58,616 nt of DNA from Octopus bimaculoides (lineage: Eukaryota), in the NCBI RefSeq assembly GCF_001194135.2, contig NC_068994.1, positions 24,982,443 through 25,041,058 on the forward strand, written 5' to 3'. Shown here in pieces: positions 49,340 to 58,616 of this stretch. Each line of letters starts with the position of its first letter. The first letter of the stretch is position 1. The notes under the pieces are model-generated. The model ran no database searches. It saw only the letters and a program-made list of their open reading frames with translations, and was not told the origin of the DNA. A program made the translations under genes and the position numbers.

Positions 49340-49578
49340 AAAGCGGTGAGCTGGCAGAATCGCTGAACGAAATGGTTTGCGGTATTTCGCCTGTCGCAAC
49401 GTTCTGAGTTCAAATTGCTCCGAGGTTGACTTTACCTTTCATACTTTCAGGGTCGATAAATTTCATCATTTCGGTGTCGATAAATCAAGTACCAGTGAAA
49501 ACCTTGGATTTATGTAATCGACTAATTCTCTCCCCACAAATTTCAGTCCTGGTGCCTTTAGTAAAGAGGATTATTATC
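49340..49578 (+). mobile_element. Near full-length SINE (family C)
   Basis: GCGGTGAGCTGGCAGAATCG (A-box-like)...GTTCTGAGTTCAAATT (B-box-like)...CCCCACAAATTTCAG.CCT.GTGCCTTTAGTAAAGAGG(ATT)n. Confidence 0.85.
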
Positions 49579-49584
49579 TTTGTT

Positions 49585-52500
49585 TTACTTCTCAGAGTAA
49601 AACTTCTCGATCTTGTTTCGTCTGGTAAATTCTGTGACAGCGGACAGCAGCCTGCTTTCAGAGGTCTCACAGGGTCTCTTTCCGCACATTACAAGCTTTG
49701 GTACTTGGTTGTCATCGTGTGTGACATTCAACATTCAAGTACCAATCTCAAAATCCTAGCTGTCCCCAGTAGCTTGCTCTGTTCTCATGTGAATTTCGAT
49801 TTCTCTGACATATTTCTCGAATTTGTTAGTGCTCCGAATGCCCCAACAACTACTGGAATGACAGACACTCTCCTCATTGTCCACATACTTGCAATTTCGT
49901 CTTTTAGTAGTCTGTACTTTTCAATCTTTTCTAGTTCTCTGTCATTTATGCGTGCATCCCCAGATATTGCAATATCTATAATCTTAGTTTCCTTTTCCCC
50001 TTTATCTGCCACAACAATATCTGGTCTCCTAGCCTCAATTAGGGAGTCACATTGGATTGTAAAATCCCACAGTATCTTACATTCCTTGTTCTCGGTGACT
50101 CCTTCTGGTTCATGTTCCTACCATTTCTGTACACTATTAGAGCCATACTTTTCATAGTGGACGAACTTAGCCACGTTATAGTACCTCCTTTTCTAGTGCT
50201 TTTGGGCCAGCTTACTACACTCATTCACAATCAGTTTCGTTTCTGCTGCCACACATCCTACAAAGAGGCGATTCGCTTCTCTTATCTATTTGGAACTTGG
50301 TGTAATTAGTTCTCAGAGCTTGTTCCTGGGCGCTGCATATCAATGCCTCAGTGCATCATTCCAGGTCACTTTTTCTTAGCCAGCACCAAGTGTTGATCTT
50401 GTATTTTCCATCGATTTCGGCTCATGCAGTGGTTTCATTTTCCAGCTGTTTACTCTTTCATCTTCATCTTGTTTCTTAAATTTTTGTACGTACATCACAT
50501 TTTCGCTAGATATTGTATTGTTAATTCTGATAGCGGCAAGTAAGGATTCGCTCTACTGTTTGATGTACCATCCCAGACTGTTTTTCTGATTGACAACACA
50601 GATCTTGCATCATATAAAGCATCTTCCTCCCCTGTTCCTAGGCCCGTACAGTCTATCAGTATTACTTTTGGGATGTAGTTCCTTGTTTAATTATCATCAC
50701 TTTTCTGGTTTTCCTGTCCATTTCCTCAAGCTCGTTCTTTGCCCACTTAACAACACCTGCACCGTATCGCATTAAGGAAACAGCCCATGTGTTCATTTCC
50801 CTGAACTTGTTTTCCGATTGAGTCTACTTCCCATAATTAATTTAATTCTTCTGAGATATTCTTGCCTAAAGCTTTCCTTCATTTCACTTCCCTTGATTTT
50901 GTCGTATTCCAAGATCCCCATTAGTCTCAATATCCTTGATATTCACGCCGTTGGATAGCTCTATACCATCAGACGACACTACACTGTCTTTTAGTATTAT
51001 CAGCATACCACACTTTTTAGTCCCAAATTCCATTCCGATATCATTACTGCACTCTTGAACCTAGGATCCAAAGATCTTTAAGTATGTAACAGATGATTTA
51101 ATTTTCCTCCACTTTTCAAGGTGTACCCCGATGTCACTTTCCGTAGTATCTGTGTGATGTGTATCATACAAATCACAAACAGCAATGGTGATAGGCTATC
51201 TTCTTGAAATATTCCTCTCTTGTTCTTAAACCTCGTCAAAAATTTTCCACATGAAGTTAGCTCTTTATTCTAGTTTTTCATTGATCTCCTAATAAAATTT
51301 GATATGTCATCAGACACATGTACCAGCTCAAGACTTTCTAAAATCCAGGAATGGGGGAACCATGCCATACGCTTTCTTATAATCGATCCACGCCATGCCC
51401 AGATTAGTAAGTCTTTTCTGGCCGTCGTTCAATACCATTCTGTCCATCAGATATTGGTCTTTTGTTCCTCGGTTTTTCCTTCTACATCCTTTCTGTTCCA
51501 CTGGAAGTTTGTCATTCATTTACAGGAATTTGTACACATAATTAGATATTATTCTTGTCATCAGCTTCCGCATCAGGGGCAGACATGTGATAGGCCGGTA
51601 ATTATTCACTGCATTGCCTTTATTTGAATCCTTTCGTCACAGAATTGTTTTACCTGTGTTAAGCCACTTTGGGATTTGCACCCCGCTGTTGATCCATTTG
51701 CTTTGCTATTCGTCTGTGTAGTACTGGGAGATTTTTCAGCCAATATCCTTTTACTCCATCCGGGCCTGGGTATTTCTAGTTTGAGATCTTTGTTGTCTGG
51801 TTACCAGTTCAGTCGTTATTCTAATATTGCTTTGTTTCACTTCATATTTCTTTTACCTTAATTCCTTCAACCATTTAGCATCTTTTTTATGCTTTCTTTC
51901 ATTATCCCAGATGTTACTCCAAAACCTTTTACTTTTTTCAGCGTCTGGTCTCTCAGCTGTTGATAAATCCTCTTCTGGCCTTGTTGGAACAATTTGTTGA
52001 TTTTATGTTGTTCAATTCTTTGTTCATATCTCTTGATCTTTGTCGATTTAGCCTGCAATCTTTGTTTCAGCTCTTCAAGAACTACATTTAGCCCCTTTTT
52101 CTTTATCCAACATCTACGTTCTAGTTTCTGATATTTCACCTTTTTTCTTTTTTTCCAAGATGTTGATATGTTTCCGTAGTTTATTCATTGATTGTTTTAT
52201 TCTTCTTTTCCACCAAGGTTCTTTTCCTTCATTCACACACTTACGGTTTGGTTCGAGGCGTACCTTATTTCCTATATGGTTAATGCAAGCTTTAATCAAT
52301 CTGCTCGTTCCGGTTATATCATTTCTTTCAGTATTTTATTCATCTTAAGGGTCCACCCACTGAGCACATTTCTATCTACTTTCCTGAATCCATTTCTTTC
52401 CGTGTCTAAGTTTCCCTCAATGATACTAGCAATGTTTTCGATCATTCCTTTGTCTTCATTATTTAGTCATTCTCTACACCCAGGGCTTGAGTATTCTCAT

Positions 52501-53150
52501 TAAGTAAAGAATCGTCAACATTTTCTATATCTGCGTCTGCATCGCTCCCCGTGTTTTTAATCATCACCCGCTTCCTAATCTCATCGAGCTCTAATATTGT
52601 TAGCCATCCTTTCTTCCTTATTGCTCTTACCTGATCACAGAGTCTCTGTTCTGTAATATCTGAGCCATGCTTCCCCATCCATATGTCATGGAACTTCTTT
52701 TTATATCCTCTTATGGGTCTCCCTTCATTATCAGTGGGTCTACTCAAAATATAACCTTTCATGACTGTTGTATTCATCGTCTTAGTCCATTTAGTTATAG
52801 CAACCGTATAATGACGACCGGGCACCTGTAGTTCCGTCCTCACTTACGCCGTTGTTTGTGTTAATTCTATTATTCATTTCACTCATGCGGAGGAAAGTGT
52901 TGATAAGGTGTCACAACAACCAGTATTTTTATCGAGACACCATCTCTTGAGGGTTTGTCTAAAAAGACAAAGGGACCCTTCTGCCCTTAGAAGTTTAAGT
53001 GAGCTATCCTGGACATCAAACCAGTATTCTATGCTCCGCAGTTGGTGAAAGAGTTGGTCTTTGGATGGTCGTTGAATTTTCAGAGTTCATCTTCCCTTAG
53101 ACAGGTCTTGTATTTCGTCCTGCAGGCTCACCAAATAGCAAAAAGAACCC
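49585..53150 (-). mobile_element. Near full-length, degenerate R4/Dong-clade LINE (5' leader, single ORF, 3' UTR)
   Basis: N-terminus PGRH..KWTKTMN..VMKGY..S.P..EQRLCDQVRAIRKKGWL. RT: [40 protein letters not shown]: ILWDFTIQCD, IIDIAISGD, EKIEKY. Ends in a short GATAATAAT. Confidence 0.9.
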
Positions 53151-53234
53151 TTCTTACAAAGCAAACTCTGTAGGTTGGCCGGTTTAGATGTGGCTGTGGT
53201 TTCAGTTAAGGGGTTTTACGATGTCAAATATGAA

Positions 53235-53385
53235 CTCACTACGTTCTTAGTTCAAATTCCCCGAGGTCGACTTTACCTTTCATCTTTCAGAGGTCGATAA
53301 ATTAGTGAAACACTAGAGTCCATGTAATCGAGTAGTTACCTTCCTACAAATTTCAGGCCTTGTGCCTTTGGTAGAAAGGATTTTT
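53235..53385 (+). mobile_element. SINE (family C), partial
   Basis: CTACGTTCTTAGTTCAAATTCCCCGAGGTCGACTTTACCTTTCA...AAATTTCAGGCCTTGTGCCTT. Confidence 0.85.
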
Positions 53386-53399
53386 TTAATTTTCATTTT

Positions 53400-56300
53400 A
53401 AACTCAGGTTTTGTAGGAACTCCTGGAGTCTTGTATGCGTAGCGGGTTTACTGCCTGCAGCCTACGGTACCATGCTATCTGTTCTTTTCACCTATCTAAT
53501 ACTTTCCTCATTATTCTGGCCGTGCCAAGAAGACAAACTTTTTGTAACAGTTCTACTTGGCACTCTGTTCTGATTTCCTTTATATTCCTCTTGATGCCTT
53601 CTGATACAGTCCCCAAGGTTCAAACAGTAGTTGACATTATTTTCACTTTCATTTTCCATAGCCGGGCTATTTCGTACTTAAGAGGGTCGTATTTATCTAT
53701 TTTTCGTGTTCCTTCTTGACTTCTCGTGGGTCAAAGGCGTACGCAGCATCAACTATATAGCACATGTGATGCATCTTGTCAACCACCACTAAGTCCGGTC
53801 TGTTATACACTAGCACCCGATCTGTTTGGCTTGGGAAATCCCAGAGAATTTTGGAAGTCTCCGACTCCGCCACTCTCTGCGGTTTGTGCTCATACTACGC
53901 CTAGCCTCTCTCTAGCCCCACTTTTCGCAGTTTAAAATGTAGCATTTTCACTACCTCATCGTGTCGCCACAACATATAGTGGATTTAGACATGTTTAAGA
54001 CTTTCGTTCGTGATATGGGCAATGGTTTCGTCTACTCTATTACAAATGTGACACAACGGAGACACGTGCTCGTTTCTGAGGTTGACCCTCTAATTTGTGT
54101 CCAAAGCTTCTTGCGCCGCCAGTATACTGCTCTCAGTCTCTTTTTTTTTCAGTGTTCTTTTCTTCATTCAATCCCAGCAACTTCAGTTGTGGCTACATGG
54201 AATTGTTTGTGTAGTCTCTTGTTGTGTAATGCTTCTCATGATAGATATCTCATTAAGCTCCCAAGTTCGATACGTACGCAGTCTTCCACACTTATCATTC
54301 CTCTTCCTCCATTTGCTCTCTTCGTGTATAGTGAAGTGTCAGCACGTGGATGATAGGTTCCATGCATTGTTAGGAGCTTTCTTGACTTCCTGTCCGACTC
54401 CTTTAGCTCCTCCTCTGTCCATTACAGGATTCTAGCGCCATACCGAACTACAGCGACTTCGCGAGTTTATTGCCGAAATTATGTTTCTAGCATTTAGTTT
54501 TGAAGCCAATATTTTTCTCACTCGCCGCAGGTACTCTTTCTTTGTCTTTTGTTTCATATCATTGTGTTTAATTCCACCTGCCTCAAGTATTCCTAAGTAT
54601 TTATAACCGGATTCAAGTTCAATTGCATTCATCATTTCACCACTTGGCATACATATGCCTTCTGCCCTGACAAACTTTCCTCGTCTCATTACCATCGTAA
54701 CACATTTTGAGAGTCCAAACTTCATTTTGATATCATTCGAGAAGTCCGCACAGACTGGACTAGGATGTCCAGTTCTGCCTCACGTTAGTGAACAACTTCA
54801 AGTCGTCCATGATTAGTAAGTGGTTCAGTTTTCCATTACATCTTCCCAGATCATACTCCAACTTTGCCTTCTGTAGTATTTCATTCAAGGGGATCCTTCC
54901 CAGCACAAAGATCAGTGGGTACACAGTGCCTCCCTGGAAAATTCCTCCCTTGGTTTTCACTGTCCTGATACCTGATTCTCTGCTGCCAATTCAGTTCTCC
55001 ATTTCACACTTATATAAGGCTTCTCATGTTTTCTCCTACTCCATACATTTCCATGATTCTTGTTGGGAGTGTGCTACCATACCGTATGCTTTACGATAGT
55101 AAATCCATGCCATATTCAGGATTTCTCTTGTGTTTTCTCTATCAGTTTCTGATAATTAGATTTCGTTCCCCGGTTCCTCTTTTGACACACTTTCTGTTCA
55201 ATAGGTAGCAGCCCACTTTTTTCTAAGTATCTGTACAGTTCACGGACCAAAGCACCTGACAATAGTTTCCACATTAGCGGAAGATAAGTAATATTGCATC
55301 CAACTTTCGACCAATCTTTTCTGCCTGAACTGTTTTTTTTTTCTATTGTCATATCTTTCCAGTTTTGCATTGATTGCTACTACTCTTTGTTTCAATTCTT
55401 CCAAGATTAAATCATAGTCTTTATCTCTTATTCTGTATGTTCCTTCCAGTCTTATTTTCATGCTTTTGTCCTGCAATTCCTCTTTTAAATCTATCAACTT
55501 GTCCTAAATGTCTTTTTAACTTGGTTTTTCACAAATTCGTCTACGCCAGTACGATTCTTTACGCTCTGTTTATTCTCTTCTTTTGTATCCAACTCTATCT
55601 GCAGCAACTATAGCTGCAACCCAAATAATCTTGTTAGTTTCAGTTTCAGTTATATTTCCAGTCTGGAAAAGTCCAAGGACAAAATCTATCCTTTCGGATT
55701 TAGCATTGAGCTTGCGTCGATCAATGCACTTCAGATTCGGGCAGTTTGATCCTGGTTTTCTCTAATATATCGGCATATCATCCTCACTGTCTTGATCATC
55801 ATCGTATTCTTGTGATCTAGCTCTTCCCATTACTTCTGCTTCATTTGCACTTTGTTCTACGTTTTCACTGCCACCATTCTTTTCTCTGTCCTCGCTGGGC
55901 ACGTTATCTGCTTGTGAAGTATTATTACTGTTTTCTACTTTCCTTTTTATCTCTTCAATTTCCATGTCTGTTAACCACTCTTTTGTTCTTATTGCTAACT
56001 GTTGCCCACTTATCTCGAAGAGTCCTATTTCATCCCATTCTGCGTTGTCGGAATCCCCTTCTGCTGGGTTCACTTCTGATCCAGCATTCAATTACAGTTC
56101 AGTTTGCCTCCTTAGCCTACCTTCTTCTCTGACTTTGTGTATAAGCAGTCTCTGGATGACGACCGGGCCTGCGCCGCTCAACCATAGGACACGTCCCAGG
56201 TGAAAGGCACTCACCTTTGGTTCCAGCCTCATTCACACCATTATTTGATACATTTATATTAGACATTTTCACTCAATATTGAGGTTTGTGTTTTAAGGTT

Positions 56301-56720
56301 AACCAGCAACCAGTACTGTTATCGAGACACCATCTCTAGTAAGATTGTCAACCAAGACTGCAGAACTCTTACTACCAATAAGTTGAGACTGTTCCCATTC
56401 GCATTTTTGAGTACTGGGAACCATGTTCATGATTCTCACTAGGAAACTGGTGAAAGTCCGTTGGTTCCGAATGCTCATCCAAACATTGCTCGGTAGCTAA
56501 GTCCCGATTCGCGGCTCATTCACCTTCATCCCAGGCATGGAGCCGTTGGATACTGACAGATTGTCACCAATGTGGCTAAGAAGTCCTATCTACCCCAGTT
56601 TTTAAATGATTGTTCCTTCTCCTAGACAGATTACTAACCAAGGCTCACGAGTTCTGTCTGCACGTTTTTAGAATGGCCATTGACTCTCCTGAATTCCTCT
56701 GCCCTTTGCTGAGTTTTGCA
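53400..56720 (-). mobile_element. Second near full-length, degenerate R4/Dong-clade LINE (different subfamily)
   Basis: PGRH motif at ~56160; EWLTDMEIEEIK; ITYLPLMWKLLSG; GIFQGG...IMDDLKLF; MKFGLSKC; YKYLGILE; ETESSILAAQEA; CHICNRVDETIAHI; KILWDF..RPDLVV; LQKVCLLGTARIMRKVL*. The 5' leader spans ~56200-56720. Confidence 0.88.
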
Positions 56721-57159
56721 TTTAATCCCGCAAGATGTCCAAAATTCACCCTTCTCCGGCTCGACGGTGTAACGGTTCTACAACGCCACATGTTAATCGC
56801 TATGGCTTATTAATTATTTGTACATTATTACAATTTCAATATTATTACTACAATCCCTATCACCTTATGTAGCTCTTATTAGCATTGCCATTACTGTTAG
56901 GTATCATTATTATTCCTCTTATTCGTTGATATTGTTGTTGTCAGTGGTGGTAGCTTTGTTGCAATATGTTAGGTTATCTTCTAATTATTGGTTGGCTCAA
57001 TGGAACTTTAGCTGTCATCCCCAGTATTATTCTTTTTCTGTGGTTGCCACAACTTGTTTTGTTCCTGTCGTGAATGTCATCCATCGATATGGACGCGTTG
57101 GTGACGTCATCATTGCAATTTTCGGGTCCTGATATTGTCTCCCTTGATTTCTTTAGCCA

Positions 57160-57266
57160 ATATATTATTATTATAATATATAGACATAAAAACAGACACA
57201 AATTATTATTATTATAATATACAGGCACAAAAATTATTATTATTATAATATACAGACACAAAAACA

Positions 57267-57270
<4 letters not shown>
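57160..57270. repeat. AT-rich minisatellite (ATTATTATTATAATATACAG.CAC/TAAAAA units)
   Basis: Three imperfect copies seen directly. Confidence 0.8.
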
Positions 57271-57298
<28 letters not shown>

Positions 57299-58206
57299 NN
57301 NNNNNNNNNNNNNNNNNNNNNNNNNNNNNNNNNNNNNNNNNNNNNNNNNNNNNNNNNNNNNNNNNNNNNNNNNNNNNNNNNNNNNNNNNNNNNNNNNNNN
57401 NNNNNNNNNNNNNNNNNNNNNNNNNNNNNNNNNNNNNNNNNNNNNNNNNNNNNNNNNNNNNNNNNNNNNNNNNNNNNNNNNNNNNNNNNNNNNNNNNNNN
57501 NNNNNNNNNNNNNNNNNNNNNNNNNNNNNNNNNNNNNNNNNNNNNNNNNNNNNNNNNNNNNNNNNNNNNNNNNNNNNNNNNNNNNNNNNNNNNNNNNNNN
57601 NNNNNNNNNNNNNNNNNNNNNNNNNNNNNNNNNNNNNNNNNNNNNNNNNNNNNNNNNNNNNNNNNNNNNNNNNNNNNNNNNNNNNNNNNNNNNNNNNNNN
57701 NNNNNNNNNNNNNNNNNNNNNNNNNNNNNNNNNNNNNNNNNNNNNNNNNNNNNNNNNNNNNNNNNNNNNNNNNNNNNNNNNNNNNNNNNNNNNNNNNNNN
57801 NNNNNNNNNNNNNNNNNNNNNNNNNNNNNNNNNNNNNNNNNNNNNNNNNNNNNNNNNNNNNNNNNNNNNNNNNNNNNNNNNNNNNNNNNNNNNNNNNNNN
57901 NNNNNNNNNNNNNNNNNNNNNNNNNNNNNNNNNNNNNNNNNNNNNNNNNNNNNNNNNNNNNNNNNNNNNNNNNNNNNNNNNNNNNNNNNNNNNNNNNNNN
58001 NNNNNNNNNNNNNNNNNNNNNNNNNNNNNNNNNNNNNNNNNNNNNNNNNNNNNNNNNNNNNNNNNNNNNNNNNNNNNNNNNNNNNNNNNNNNNNNNNNNN
58101 NNNNNNNNNNNNNNNNNNAAAGTAGTATATGTACGTGTGTGTGAGAGTGAGAGGGGAGGGGGGGAGAAAGATGAACGATTAAATATAAATACATGATTTG
58201 TTAGAC

Positions 58207-58370
58207 GCTTTCTGTTTCCCTCTTCCACATTTTCGTTCCTTTTTTTGTTAGACGGTGGCAAACAAACTCTGTCTTGGTTACAAACATTTTCTTTGCTTAA
58301 AAGCTTTCTGTCTCCCTCTTCCACTTTTTCTTTCCATTTTTTTTTTGTTAGACGCTAGCAAACACTCTGT
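58207..58370. repeat. ~96-bp imperfect tandem duplication
   Basis: GCTTTCTGT.TCCCTCTTCCAC...TTTTTTGTTAGACG...GCAAACA.ACTCTGT at ~58207-58272 and ~58303-58370. Confidence 0.75.
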
Positions 58371-58616
58371 AACTCCCCTTCTTCTTCACGCGCGTACGCA
58401 GTTTGACTTCGCTATGTCAACAAACTTCAAAATTGGTAAAAGTTATGGTTGAAAATCGAATTTTATAGCTATACGCGGGTACCTCTGAGAGAAAAAGTTG
58501 ACGAAAATGCAGATAGGGTCATGACGAATCTCCTAAAATTGGAGCGACATGCGTGCTAATTTATGGACGTGCATAAAGTACAATCACGTACACACACACA
58601 TACACACACACACACA

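Noticed and set aside
56391-56424. HDV-ribozyme look-alike on the minus strand: ATG-GTTCCCA ... GCGAA-TGGGAAC
   Set aside because: It resembles HDV P2 and J4/2, but only 17 nt lie between the strands, leaving no room for P3, L3, the 3' strand of P1, P1.1 or P4. The other element has an unrelated hairpin at this position.
56730-56810. Possible HDV-like fold at the extreme 5' end of the 53.4-56.7 kb LINE
   Set aside because: I could not build P1, P2, P3 and P1.1 together with acceptable pairing.
57160-57270. Short repeats with intervening sequence here, at 36407-36465 and at 14080-14230, considered as CRISPR-like arrays
   Set aside because: Each has only 2-3 imperfect copies, with no unique equal-length spacers and no cas genes, in a eukaryotic context.
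58375-58616. Possible Helitron/Helentron-derived short elements here, at 41160-41230 and at 43665-43800
   Set aside because: The word content is suggestive (ATGAAATTTGG, CA-repeat ends), but no terminal hairpin, CTAG or sub-TIR pair could be verified.

Overview
This is repeat-saturated, AT-rich eukaryotic DNA with about a dozen N-gaps. The SINE families (tRNA head, microsatellite body, ...CCAGCATGGCCGCAGTCAAATGACTGAAACAAG tail) are the kind I recognise from Octopus, so the source is most likely an octopod draft assembly; that assignment is recognition, not a database hit. I find no supportable host gene, rRNA, tRNA or CRISPR array, and every recognisable protein is a decayed transposon. The left half (1.9-27.6 kb) is a cluster of about nine Tx1/L1-clade LINE pieces, including one full-length 4.8-kb copy. 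The right half (34.5-56.7 kb) holds six same-strand R4/Dong-clade (restriction-like endonuclease) LINEs, two of them near full length. Also present are two Penelope-like (RT + GIY-YIG) elements, several Helitron pieces, a Tigger/pogo fragment, a hAT-type element with an 8-bp TSD, two fold-back MITEs, three SINE types and a three-copy ~560-bp TAA-tailed non-coding element. The most interesting signals are non-coding. (1) A multi-helix RNA module with compensatory base changes is shared by the 5' leaders of two divergent R4-like LINEs. (2) A variant minimal hammerhead ribozyme lies downstream of a Penelope ORF. (3) The headless ~560-bp TAA-tailed element has no obvious partner or promoter. (4) R4-like and Tx1-like LINEs appear to use the same AAT/ATT microsatellite on opposite strands. 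Element boundaries were read by eye and are approximate (tens of bp) unless a TSD or terminal motif is quoted.
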